Notes: generated by a model from the sequence alone, not told the origin. A stretch of 64,000 bases of DNA from Octopus sinensis (GCF_006345805.1 NC_042998.1:155868001-155932000), one strand, 5' to 3'. Positions 11,660 to 24,340 are shown, counted from the first letter of the stretch. A program made the numbers and translations.

Positions 11660-12999
11660 AAATAAGAACAACAAAAAACTGTTTGGGGTCCAGTTTGGTC
11701 CCAACCTCCAGGTGGATAAAAACTGAGATGAGGTGATAAATAGGATATCCAGTCTTACTCAAAAATGGGCTGAGAGGAAGCTGAAAAAGTTGGGCAGAAG
11801 TGGCAAATGACTACATCACTTCCATTATGATTTATTGCCTGACCGTTGTACCTTGTCCCAGTTACTGCTTGTCCATGTTGGAGTATCTCTTATTTAATTT
11901 CTTGTGAAAGGCTTCGCATTCCAATGCTGTGGCCTCTAATGTGCAGACAGTCTTAGATTGTGCCACCTGCAACTATTTCTGGACAGTGGGCATGTACGGG
12001 CTCCATTTATGAGGCAAGTCTTTCTGCAGTTTGTCTCCTTGATGGAACTGCAGTCCTGTGTGAAAAAATGACTGAGACTGAGCCTAGTACTTAGAATGTT
12101 GTCAGACACTCATAACCCTCTTCCAGTTGGGCAATGGGATCAATGGATGTTCCACTTTTACAATATGTAGAGGATTAGTGGCGCGGAAGTGTGATGACAT
12201 TCTTGGGGAGGCTCTGGGCATTGACAAAAATGAACTGGCTAGTCTGTTCTAGAGAACTTTCTGGCTGAGAACTGGTACCAGGATGTGGGGTAGGGGCGCT
12301 AATGATTAAAAATAAACTCTACAGCCACGGATGTAATGTCAGACTGCATGCACTTGTTCAATATCCAAGCATTGGTGACTTGTGGGGTTATGTCAAACCG
12401 CTGCTGTCGCATGTGGGACAGATCCATCGAGTCCATAGTAATGATTGCCCCACCGCCTGCCTTTAATTGCGAAGGTAAGGCAGTTTCCCTTCACCTGGTG
12501 GCTGTGGCAAAAGAGGTTACCTGGTGGATGAGCTTGAAAGGCACGAGGAGAGATACATTCCTTCTTGGTAGAAGCCTCTTCGACTTTTTGAAGTTTCACT
12601 TGAAAAAGAAAGTAAGGCTGGAGAGAGAGATACTGTCCTTGAGGGAATTTATTGAAAAGTGGGTGCAAGTTGCGAAAATGGCAAGAGTAGGTGGTACTGC
12701 TCTAAGTGTAGATCTGTGAATTGGAGAGAGGGTACTTGCCCTTGGTGTTTAGAGAGATCTTGGATGATGGGGTTCTTCAATTATTCTTAAAGGTCCTCCT
12801 GTATCAGGTGGACCACATCAGTATCATCTTTCTTTTCTTTTTCTATTGTTGACTGTGTATACTTGCCTTCTTAGTTTATTGTATACTGTGTATATGTCCT
12901 TTCATTTTTTTCTTCTTTATCACTTCATTGTAAACCGCCACACTTTATGTCTGTCTTTGTATTGTGTCCATTATCCTTCGCCCTGGTGGCAAATAAAAG

Positions 13000-13000
<1 letters not shown>
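11660..13000 (+). mobile_element. L1/Tx1-like LINE 3' fragment (ORF2 C-terminus and 3' UTR)
   Basis: Degenerate LG.WFGPD and QKWAERKL motifs; ORF 12336-12719 ends with GKAVSLHLVAVAKEV..LKFHLKKKVRLERE..WVQV. It ends in AATAAAAG followed by (ATC)n. Confidence 0.75.
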
Positions 13001-13033
<33 letters not shown>

Positions 13034-13034
13034 T

Positions 13035-13475
13035 ATTTAATTATTGAGCAGCAAATGCCATCAAAGTGACACTGGGGTACAAATACATGTAGCCTATCAT
13101 GACTATCCAGTCTGATAAGAGTACACCAGGCGCATCTATCATAACAATATATGCATGACATGATTTCATATCAAGATAAACAGTGCATGACCTTGCAGGT
13201 AGGGCCCAGTTAGAATTTTCTTCAGGTTGAGTAGCCTATCCATCTCAAAAGGTCCCTGAATAAAGGGTTGTTTAAGGATGTTGAACAAAACACCCATGTT
13301 TCCAGAGGTGAATTATTCAAACCCCAAAGAATTCCTTTCAACACATGGCTATGATGCTCCCCCATTATCATCTACTTGTAATCAGAGATACCCATATTGT
13401 CAACCACCAAGGTTAAGGTCATGCAACTGACAAGCAAATCTGTGGTACTGAGCAGAATATTTGCTGTAGCAAGAC
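13035..13475. repeat. Octopus-type interspersed repeat (LINE 3'-UTR-like)
   Basis: Recalled recurrent motifs CAAAACACCCATGTTTCCAGAGGTGAATTATTCAAACCCC and GCAAATCTGTGGTACTGAGCAGAATATTTGCTGTAGC. Confidence 0.55.
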
Positions 13476-13491
13476 AAGACAAAACATGTAC

Positions 13492-13905
13492 ATTAATAGT
13501 TATCACCAAGCTAACATGGCAGTTCAGGAAAATAGGATGAATGCTGCCGTTGATTAGCTCCAAGAGGCTATCGTCTCTAGCTAGCTATGTGACACACAAA
13601 CCTGTGTCCATTATAACCTTCAAACAGGGGAGGTCAGCCACTTCCCCTTGCTAGTCTGGCATCTACAGACTGGTTTGGCTGGGTTTGGCTGCTCTACATT
13701 GATAGGGGTCAAATACCCCGAAACTAGTCTGTAGATGCCAAACCAGCAAGGGGAAGTGGCTGACCTTCCCTGTTCGAAGGTTATAATGGACACAGGTTTG
13801 TGTGCCACATAGCTAGCTAGAGACGATAACCTCTTGGAGCTAATCAATGGCAGCATTCATCCTATTTTCCTGGACTGCTATGTTAGCTTGGTGATAACTG
13901 TTAAT
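13492..13905. mobile_element. Long fold-back palindromic element
   Basis: Arms of about 185 bp with few mismatches flank a loop of about 45 bp. Confidence 0.92.
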
Positions 13906-13964
13906 ATCCAGTACCACTGCCATAGTCTCCTTTAGAGAAACTTAGAAATATTAATATTTCTATG

Positions 13965-14002
<38 letters not shown>

Positions 14003-14249
14003 CGTGTGTGTATGTATATTGATAGATAGATAGATAGATAGATATTGAAAGGTAAGATCCAAGGATAAAGGTATAGGAAGTTAGTGAGCTTCAAGCAATC
14101 CGTAGAAGATATAAAAAACAACTTTGAGGAACAATAGTGGTTCATTGGTGCAGAAGGTTGTGAATTTTTCCTGTATCGAAGTATGATAAGCTGAAAATGT
14201 TAATTTTATAGTTCATGGTTAGTAACAGGGGTTGCTGTATATGTGAATA

Positions 14250-15075
14250 AACATCCAAAATAAGGGAATGGAGTAGATAAAATCCAGACTACATATGTTT
14301 CATAGCTAGCGGAACCTTGGAAGGAGTAAATTATCCAAATGAGGGGTAGACTGCAAGCTACTCTTCAGGCCAAGGATAGCTTGATTATATGAAGTTTAGG
14401 CAATCCCATGTGTTACACATTCATATCTATGAAGTAATACGTGTGTAGAATACATCCCCACTTTGGCACTATTTGTTAGTGAACAGTACAAACTGTGTTT
14501 TAAAGTAAACAGTATTACTACACTGTGTCTAACGATATATAGGTGTCACTGCGCTGAAAGTAGCGCAGTTCGTGTAACATGGAAAAGTAAATAACACGTA
14601 AAAGAATAACTATGCTTCGTATAGAGTTGTCTATCCCACCAGACTGAAACTACACATAACATGGTCCAATTACTAAATAAGACTTGGTATAATTTATAGA
14701 GCAATATGAGGTATTGTAGGCGATTCCTTCGCTATATATTGGTATGTGTTTCTGGTGGAGTTTTGGAATGGTTGTCTTTCGGAGTACCATATTTCATGAA
14801 GAAGGAAATCTAAAAATTTGCAAGACTATAAGATATGTGACTTTAAAGTACAAATATTCCAAAATTCTGCTGAGTTTCTTTGGTGACTGTTATGTGTTAC
14901 ACATTCATATCTATGTGTATACGTGTGTAGAATACATCCCCACTTTGGCACTATTTGTTAGTGAACAGTTGAACTGTTAACTTGAGGATTTGATCGAAAT
15001 GTGTAGAAAGTACAATTCAAAAGGAAAACGTATTTGTGAAGAAGTAAAGATAAAAGAAAATATGTAAATGGAAGT
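14250..15075. repeat. Interspersed repeat interrupted by a ~560-bp insertion; inverted uninterrupted copy at 16585-16850
   Basis: GGAGTAGATAAAATCCAG..ATTATCCAAATGAGGGGTAG..GAAATGTGTAGAAAGTAC matches the reverse complement of 16585-16850. Confidence 0.8.
14411..14967. mobile_element. Small insertion bounded by ~75-bp direct repeats (TRIM / solo-LTR-pair-like)
   Basis: Repeats at 14411-14485 and 14895-14967 read TGTTACAC...GTGAACA. No PBS or PPT seen. Confidence 0.5.
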
Positions 15076-15837
15076 GGGTAAATTTGTTATGGAGAAGGAT
15101 AGGAGTAAAATGGGGAAGATGGAGTGAGAAGGTTTGGTATTAAAATACACTAGGGAGATGCCTTTATGAAATTTAAGTAGCAGTGATTCGTGGGTCTGTT
15201 GTGGGATAGATAAACATATTGTAGCATTCTATAAAGCCATTTAAACAAGGTCAAAGGATGGAGATATAGGAGTAGAATTTGAAATGGATAAGGTGGGGAG
15301 TGAAGGAGAGGGAGGTGGAAGATAATGTATTTTCGATCAACATAGTAGACTTAGTTTCGCCCATCGAGTTGATAACGGTAATATAATTTTAAAATCTAGG
15401 GACAGCGAATGATGTGGAAGATAGTAGTAGTAGCTTAAATCTGAGATTGTGTGTGTATTAGTGTGCATGCGTGTATATGTTTTGCATCTGTACAATCTTG
15501 TAGATGTGCACTCATGTGTGGGTATTTGTATATTATCATGTGTGAGTGAGATGTATGTAGAGATAGAAAAGTTTTGAAAACTTAAAGTATCAAGGATAGG
15601 GAAAATAGGGGACAATATAAAAAATAAGGATTAATAAAAAATTTAGAAAATGTAATAGTGGTTAAAAAGTTGTTTCTTGTAAAGATATATGTAGAGGGAT
15701 ATCAGTCGGGAGCAGGGGAGATAGTTAGGGGATGATGTGAGGTGGGTTAGTAAAGGATCAGTGTTATTTGTACTCAGAGAATGAATTGCATAATTTATGT
15801 TTACAATTAAAAATTATGCTATGCCATTAATTTAAAC

Positions 15838-16024
15838 CAGTGCTTTGCAACCTTTTTTTCACTTGTGGTGCACTTCTATTCTTTTCAAAATTCAGCGGCA
15901 TGCCTGAACTAAAAATATAATTAAAAGCATAGGGAAAAAATTATTTTCAGATTACACTGCGGTACACCTAACATCATCTCATAGTGCACCAGTGTGCCAT
16001 GTCATATCAGTTATGGAGCACTGG
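15838..16024. mobile_element. Degenerate hAT-like MITE
   Basis: CAGTGCT...AGCACTG termini; imperfect 8-bp flanks. Confidence 0.45.
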
Positions 16025-16026
16025 TT

Positions 16027-16366
16027 TTAACAATTAGTGCATTGCATAATGGAGTGATGTAGAGATCACACTTGTTATTATAGGCAGTATACAGTTTAGC
16101 ATGGATGACTATGGATTATTTCAGTTGATTCATGCTGAAGTTTGTGGATTAGTTGAGAAGGCCAGAGTGGGTGATACTATTCAAGTCCCTAGCAAGATCT
16201 AACACCACCTCTTTATCTCAACTAATCCACAAACTTCAGCATGAATCAATTCCTTATAATCTGAAATAGCCCATAGTCACTCACGCTAAACCATGTACCA
16301 GCTATAACAAGTGTGATCTCTGCATTGCTGAGGTCTTCTCCATTATGCAATCCACTGATTGTTTAA
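16027..16366. mobile_element. Fold-back palindromic element
   Basis: GATTCATGCTGAAGTTTGTGGATTAGTTGAGA pairs with TCTCAACTAATCCACAAACTTCAGCATGAATC; the outer arms GAGATCACACTTGTTAT and TTGCATAATGGAG also pair. Confidence 0.85.
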
Positions 16367-17099
16367 ATGAATGGAATAGCATAATTTTTACTTGATGACA
16401 CAAATTATGCAATTCATTCTCTAAGTACAAATAACACCGATCTCCCCACCCCACCCTTGCATCATCCCTAACTATCTCCCCTGCCCCCAACTGGGAAAAG
16501 TGAAATATCTCCTGAGATTCAGCTTGGAAAACTACATTAATTTTCAATAAACTTTTGAATTTTCAAAAACTGGCAGCCAAACAGTAAAGATCTATATTTC
16601 TTTTATTTTTACTTCTTCACAAATATGTTTTCCTCTCAAACTGTACTTTCTACACATTTTGATCAAATTCCCGAGTTAACATGGGATCTAACGACAATGT
16701 AAACTTCATATAATCAAGGTGAACTTGGTGTGAAGAGTAGCTTGCATTCTACCCCTCATTTGGATAATTTACTACTTCCAAGGTTCTGCTAGCTATGAAA
16801 CCTTTATAGCCTGGATTTTATCTACTCCATTCCCCAAATTTTGTTATTTGATAATGATGTAGAACAAGTAAGTTTTAATAAATTAATCAAAAATAATGAG
16901 AGAAACCTTACTTTTACTAATATGAAATTGTTGATCTGCTTGCACTTTTCAACTTTTTTCTTTTATTATCAGCTCTGTGTATTATGTCAAATTCACCAGA
17001 AACAAAAGTGAGGAAAATTTCAGATTTCTTCAGTATGCATCGTGTCATGAGAATGTAGGACCTTTGAAGATTGCAAAGATGCAATTCAGTGAAAAATTA

Positions 17100-17470
17100 A
17101 TGATAAAACACTTCCAACATGTCAAGAAGTGCCATCGAAATTTTGCAGAATATGTAATTTGAGTGAAAACATTTCAGGCATACAAAAGAGATCAAAAACA
17201 TGTTTCCTGGTACATATTTTGTACATTATGGAAACCACTCTCTGGTCTTTGTCCTCCAAGAAGTTTGCTCTACAGTTGTCATTGTAGCTGATGCATTGAA
17301 CTTTGCTTACCAATGTGCCATTCTTCTGAAAGAGTCACCAAAAAGAAAAGTGGTGCAATGGACAAGCCTTTGTCGTGAGAAGGTCATGTTGCAAGCTATA
17401 TACCCGACTTGTTGCTTTTTTAGAGCAATAGCACTGAAAAAAGTGGAAAGCAACAATAAGAAGCTTATTC
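17100..17470 (+). pseudogene. hAT (ZMYM1-like) transposase fragment
   Basis: ORF 17200-17499 VHYGNHSLVFVLQEVC..DALNF..LLKESPKR..SLC resembles the hAT C..H.LNLVLQ / SPKR / LC.TRW region. Confidence 0.55.
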
Positions 17471-17475
17471 TGTCT

Positions 17476-17875
17476 TGTACATATGGAAAAGTGCTTTAAA
17501 TTATTCCAAAAAATTTTTTATTTTCGTTTTGGTAATGAAACTTTCCATGAGGATGTGCAAAGCATTTTCATTGCACGGTGTGTTAAACAGTGCTGTGTCA
17601 TTGTGGTATTGAGCCAGGTTTTCAAACAGTAAAGTGTACTGAACATTCTCTCGCTTGCAGTTTATCCTGTCTTTTCATCAGTCAAGAGAACGGTCATTTT
17701 GCCATTTGAAGACCTGGTTCCATACCACAGTGACACAACACTATCTAACACACTGTGCCACAATGCATGTGCATAAAAACTTGTGTAAGAAAAACGATTT
17801 GCACATCTTCATTGCCAAAATAAGTGACTGGAGAAAAATTTTTGGAAGGATTTGAATCACTTTTCCATATGTACA
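17476..17875. mobile_element. MITE with 18-bp perfect TIR
   Basis: TGTACATATGGAAAAGTG (17476-17493) / CACTTTTCCATATGTACA (17858-17875). Confidence 0.8.
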
Positions 17876-19070
17876 TGAGTAGGCTGAAAAGTTCACAGGA
17901 GAGATGCGAGAGCTGTGGAATCTTGCTTGCATCAATTCCAAGTCTTCTTATTAATAACTGCATAGTTTCTTTCTGGGTAAACTGACATCTGATTGTTCAT
18001 AGAAACTTCAAATGTAACTTGTTTCTTTATTGCCCACAAGGGGCTAAACATAGAGGGGACAAACAAGGACAGAAAAAGGGATTAAGTCAATTATATCGAC
18101 CCCAGTGTGTAACTGGTACTTAATTTATCGACCCCAAAAGGGTGAAAGGAATTTGAACTCAGAACGTAAAGACAGGAAATACCGCTAAGCATTTCGCCCG
18201 GCGTGCTAATATTTCTGCCAGCTCGCCGCCTTCAAATGTAACTGTTAGCAACTTTTCTTGAAAATCAACAAAATTTGGCATCATGCTGTAATCAAGTGCC
18301 TGCAGAAAAAGGGTTTAACTCTCAAGGAGATTCATGCTGGCATGGTTGATACATCAGGGGATGACACTCCAGCTTTCTCAACAGTGCAAAAGTGGCAGCT
18401 GAATTTAGCAGGAGAAGAATCTTGAGAAGATCCATAGTCTGGACGTCCTGCAACTGCCACCACCGAGGAAAACATTCATTGTGTTCACCACATGGTGAAG
18501 GATGACAGGCAATTGACTATAAAGCAATTAGTCAATGTTATTAGCATATCTCATGAAAGAGTGGAGAATATTCTGTACAATGAACTTAACATGATGAAGG
18601 TTTCTGCTTGGTGGGTGCTACATTCAAAAGCGCACCAGGTTGATTACATTAAGGGAATATCTGACATTGTTTGAGGAAGATCCAGCTAGTTTCTTTGAAA
18701 AAACTGATGAAGGGGGTCTTGTTTCATTAGGACAATGCACACAAGTCCTTGGTTTCAATGATTGCTGCGTGTGACTAGCTTTGAACTGGTTGATCACCCT
18801 CCCAAAATAGGGAGGGTGACTATCATCTCTTTCCCAACATGAAAAAAACATTTGACTGGGCACCAGTATTGCTGTGATAATGATGTCTTATCTGCTGTTG
18901 ATAACTTTTTTGACCAACAGGATAGCTTCTTTACCAATGTGATCCAAGCACTGCAATTACTGATGGAAGTGTGTGGACAGTGAGAGGAACTGTGTTAAAA
19001 AACTAATTTCATTTGGTCACATTCCATGAGAGTGTCTTGTTTAGCCTATGAACATTTCAGCCAACCCTCA
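17876..19070 (+). mobile_element. Degenerate mariner (DD34D-type) element with SINE insertion
   Basis: TIRs GGCTGAAAAGTTCACAGG / CCTATGAACATTTCAGCC. Transposase remnants include SGRP.T..T.ENI, MVKDDRQLTIKQL..IS.ERVENILYNELNMMKVSAWWV and LFH.DNA. Confidence 0.85.
18020..18233 (-). mobile_element. Young SINE inserted in the mariner
   Basis: TSD CTTCAAATGTAACT at 18006-18019 and 18230-18243; CpGs retained. Confidence 0.9.
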
Positions 19071-20910
19071 TAATAATAAAAATTATTATACCTGCATTTT
19101 TAATATTTAAATTGATAAAATCCACATTTTTTGTAAAGAAATTTGGACCTAGGTTTGCATCCCCTAAGTAAATTTTGTTCCTGGGCCACTGCCTTAGGTA
19201 GCAAGGTTTTTGCATCTTTCATCAATCAGCTTCTTCTCTTGCATATTGAATAACTCAATCTGTTTTCTGGAAAACATACAATTTCTGTAATTTAAGTGAA
19301 CAGTTATACTGTGCTTTAGATTAATTGTAGTGAGGCATGTATTGTTGCCCTTGACATAATGAAAGCATGACTGAGATTACTCATTAAAATAATGATCTTT
19401 CCCTCTTCACTGTATGTGTGATTTTAATTAAAATATATTGGTTCACTACATTTTATGTAAAAATGTTTTAATGTTTCCTTTTCATGCAGCAAACATTCCT
19501 GTATACCATTCCGCAGTTATTCTTAAAAAGGTTGAGAGTTAGTTGTAGCTTTTGTCCATATGCTGACTTCATAGTCTATTGGATTAGTTTCATTAAATAT
19601 GCATTTCAACAAAATTCAAAGATGCAGTTATTATGCATTGTGTATTAACTATTGCACATTATCAAGTAATTTCTATTTACATCCAAAAATGTTGGAGAAA
19701 CCAAGAACATGATTCATAAAGTAGAAATTTATTGAAATTTAAACACATACACAGATCCACATCTACTCACAACAACAAATAAAATAACTGAACCTAGTCC
19801 ATAATTACCGACCATGAGTGTTCAGTTGTTCAAGTAACAAAAGTATCAAATTCACTTAATTCGTGTGCAAATGGATGAATATTCTATAGGCCCTTGCGCC
19901 TTTAATGTAATTCTTAAGTGGAATCAGTGTGACACTGTGACAAGGCATGACCTTTAATTATGAGTACAATCCATTTGACAAGCTTCCTCACAGTTCCTGT
20001 CTTCCTAATTTCACTCACAAAACAAGGGGCCACCTGTGGCTCTAAAAAATTACATTTGGCCAAGATGCCATGTAGCAGATTCCAAATTGGGACTTCATGA
20101 CTGCAAGGCAAATTTCTTAACCATTCATCCATATTATGCATACGTACAAGCAAATGTACACTCATACATATATACATATACAAACAACTATGCATGAGTA
20201 TGTGTGTGAGTTGGTAGGAACAGTACTCTGATAGTTTTCAAGAAACTTATATTTACATGTATAATATATTTGGTTTAGTGTCAAATGCACTAATTTTTTA
20301 AAATACAGATCATACATTTTCAACACTTTCCCACCACACTTGTACCCTAGAATGATTACAGCAGTACAGGCACCTATGCTGTGTAAATTAGAAGTTCTAG
20401 TAAATTTTGATTGATTTATCATTAATTTATGTAAAAAGTCGATTAATCTACCAGGATATTATTTCAAGTTGGTTCAGAATTGATTGACTGGAAGACCAAT
20501 GAATTTTGCATTAATTTTGAGTGAAATTTGGGTTCTAATGGTCAGGGTTATTGAAATTATTCCTTTAATGATTGTATAGAATCATTACATGTTTTATTTC
20601 TTTTAAAATAATGATTTCTAACATTAGCGCATGACCACAATTTTAGGGGACGGTATATACATACCCAATTAAATAGACCACAGTACTTGAATGATACATT
20701 ATTTTGTTGAACCCACAAGGATGAAAAGTAATGTTTATCTTGGAGAGATTTGATCTTCCAACATACTGAAATACTGAGTTTTCTAAATAAATGACATTTA
20801 GAGTTTCCTTGTATTGTCACATGTTGTTTAGGCTAATCAGTGACAAGTAACCTGTTCGCCATTTATGCTATTTAAACAGAAGTTAAACTGCTTTTGTTCT
20901 TTTTGCAGCA

Positions 20911-22567
20911 ATGAGCAAGTTGTTAAATTCTTTTTCTAAGTTTGCTATTAGCTTTCATTTGAATTGCCTCAACTGGAGAAAATCAGAGACTAAAGAAAAC
21001 AGTGCTATGCTTACTCATAAAAAGTTTGATAGCAGAAGTAAAGAATGCTAAAATAGCATACAAAATTGTACCATGTGACTGTTGGTTAATTAAGCGTTAT
21101 GATGTTCTTGAAGTTCAAAGAGTAGAAAAATTAACTGTGCCGGTAATAGATGCAAAACCTGATGTCTTTTATTATTCAAGCGATGCACTGTTTGATATTA
21201 TATACAAAATGCATATATCTATTGGACATAGTGGTAGAGACCATATGATAAAAGAACTCAATCATCAATGTAAAAACATTACTCAGAATGAAATAAAGTT
21301 ATTTTTAAGTGTTTGTGAATTTTGCCAACAAAAAAGAAATATGGGAAAGAAAGGGACTGTGGTTAATCCCATGATAGTTTCACATTTCAGTTCAAGATGT
21401 CAAGTAGACCTTATAGATTTTCAGTTTCAACCTGATGGAAACTATAAATTTATTTTAGTTTACCAAGACCTTTTAACAAAGTTTGTAGTTTTAAGACCTC
21501 TTCAAACAAAGAGGGCAGAAGAAGTCACCAGGCGGTTGCTCGATATATTTTTATTGCTTGGTGATCCATGTATTCTGTAGTCTGACAACTGCAAGGAATT
21601 CTGTAATAAACTTATAGACGACTTGAAAATAACTTGGCTGGAGCTTAGGATCATCATGGTAAACCAAAGCATAGTCAGAGTCAAGGTAGCATTGAAAGGG
21701 CCAACTAAGACATCAAAAATATGTTAACAACTTGGATGTAAGACAACCAGTCTACTTCATGGAGTCACAGGCTTAAATTTATTCAATTCATGAAAAACAG
21801 AATGCTACATTCTGGTATAAAGAGAACGCCTTATGAGGCTGTGTTTGGCTGTGCTCCTAGAGTTGGACTGTCAACAACTCCTATTCCAAGGGAAGTGTTT
21901 GAATCAGTGGAGGATGAATAACAATTTGAAAATGCCTTGACTGCTATTACTGCATCCTCTGAATATGATGATGCCATTTCTGTTGAAGAAACATCTGTGA
22001 AAGTGTGTGTTGTGTGTTCAAAGAATTGCAAAGACAGCCTACTTTGCTGGGAAAATGAGCAGCCTATCCATGTGTCATGCTTAGAAGACAAAATTGTATA
22101 GAAGGTCTGCAGGTTGTTTTAAATGAAATAAATATCAAGAAGGAAAGACAAGCAGCTAAAGAATGTCTGGAAACTCAGGCTAAGAAAATGAAATTAATGT
22201 CTGACATTACAGTCTATATTCCTGTACCTGATGTTGACAGAGGAAGAGGAGAACTATTTTAGCTGTTGTCATGGAAAAAAACAGTGATGGATTTTTCCAG
22301 TTAGAAACAAGGAATGGCTGAATCAAGGAGCTGTACTCTCGGTCTCAGTTCAATGTATGTGAGCAAGAATTAATTTCTATTGAAGAAGTTCTGAATATTG
22401 AGACATCACTTCGCTTTGTTGCTACAGCTCAAAGTACTAGCACTGGACAAAGATTTAAAAAGTGTTCATGCAAAACACAGTGTGATACTAAAAAGTGTGC
22501 TTGCTTCAAAAATAATATGCAATGTAATTCTAAGTGCCATCACAGCAATCTTTGTTCCAATAAATAA
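20911..22567 (+). pseudogene. KRBA2/SCAND3-like integrase pseudogene (Ginger/GIN-type DNA transposon)
   Basis: H..GH.GRD..CEFCQ zinc-binding domain and SRCQVDLID..YKFILVYQD.LTKFVVLRPL; then, across stops and frameshifts, IL*SDN.KEF and HSQSQGSIERAN (DDE core). Cys-rich C-terminus CSCKTQCDTKKCACFKNN..CNSKCH ends with TAA near 22567. Confidence 0.85.
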
Positions 22568-24005
22568 CTAAAAATAAAATGAATGTTTTGAATAAAGTTT
22601 TTGTAATATCTTTTATTTAAAATAAAAGTTTCTTACAAGCATGTATATTTTAACAAACAGGAATTTTTTTAATGAAAAATAAAATGAAGGTTTTGCATAA
22701 AGATTTTGTAATATTTTTTATTGAAAATAAAAAAGGCATTTTCTAAAGACTTTAACTACTTATCAGTTGATTCGTAAAACAACTAGTTATTCTATAAAAT
22801 AACTAGTTAAATTGTAGAATGTAATAATTTTATGCACTTTAACTGATTCAGCCAGGTAATTCATGAAATACCTGGCTATTCCATGAAATAACTGAATTAT
22901 ATACTTCATCGGTTACATATACATTGTAACTATTATATACACTGGTATTTTAATATAAGCCTGTTTCGCTTTCCTTCAACTATAACCACCTTCGAACCAA
23001 ATTACTTAAGACTACTGAAATATCACTGTGTAAAAGCTTACAAACAAGTATGGTTGGCACTGTACCTATTGTTGAAAAATTACTTTTAAAAAGATGTCAT
23101 CCTGAGAACAACTGTTTGGAATGTTTAACATGTGTAAGATTAGAAATTGTAACATATCAAAACTGCAAAAATATTAATAAATCTTTAAATATCATTTTCT
23201 GATTGAGTCAGAGATGTTTTGTATGGCATACTAGGATCTTTGTGGTTTTCATCACTGTTTACAATAATCTTTAAAAAACTTTTTTTATGTATAGATGTAA
23301 TTTTTGATGCTGAATCTAAATTTGTTATTCATTTATTTCAGAAAAATTTTGCAAAAATGTTACAGGTGTTCAAAGTTTGATAATTTCCAAATTTTCAGCC
23401 AATCAGAAAACAGCACATTCATTGCCTGTTCCATCATGGGGTTGGGGGTGGGGAAGGGGGCATCAGCATGTCAAAACATTGCTACTTCCCTTGTACACAC
23501 ACACACATGCATACACAGATATACTCACACTGAGTTGAAATGCTGTTTGATTTCTCTTCTCAGCATTGAATGTTCACCATCCCACTTCCATTACACACAC
23601 ACAAACATTCACATACTTCCCTTTTATATACACTCACTTAGAGTCGAAGCATTCTTATTACCATGTTGCCATCACCACTTCCTTCCTTATTTATCTATCA
23701 CCCCTTCCTTTCTCATTCATATGTTGTGACAGAGAAAAACACGAATAATATTATAGTAAGATTATCTTTCTCATATCTCCTTCTCCTCCTAGTGTGCATG
23801 CACAGCATCTTTGGTTACTATGGAAACAGAGTTTTACGCCATAGTGATGTGTAAAATACTTGCTTCTGTTTGGCTAAAATACCCAAATTTTGCGAATTTT
23901 AAAGGCTAATAATTTATTAATTATGGATTTATAGGAAAAATGAATTTCTTTTTCATAATTAGTATACAAAAAAAACTTATTCCAAGTCAGTAGCAGCGCT
24001 GGATG

Positions 24006-24340
24006 CTATGAGAGTGTGGCTGCTAGAATAAGAATAACCTGGGAAAAGTTCAGAGAGGTCCTACCTCTGCTGGTGACAAAGGGCCTCTCGCTCAGAGTAA
24101 AAAGTATGCTGTATGACACGTGTGTGAACAGCCATGCTACATGGCAGTGAAACAGGGACTGATTGCTGAGGACATGCGAAAGCTTGCAAGAAATGAAACT
24201 AGTATGCTCCACTGGATGTGTAATGTCAGTGTGCATACACGACATAGTATTAGCGCCTTGAGAGAAAAGTTGGACACAAGAAGCATCAGATATGGTGTGC
24301 AAGAGTGACAACTGTGCTGGTACGGTCATGTGTTGCATAT
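24006..24340 (+). mobile_element. RTE-X-like LINE RT C-terminal fragment
   Basis: LY..CV..AML.GSET..L.RNE.SML.WMCNVSV motif; same family at 30510-30960 and 63180-63560. Confidence 0.75.

Noticed and set aside
20300-20520. Left TIR for the integrase element
   Set aside because: No convincing reverse-complement match to 22781-22917.
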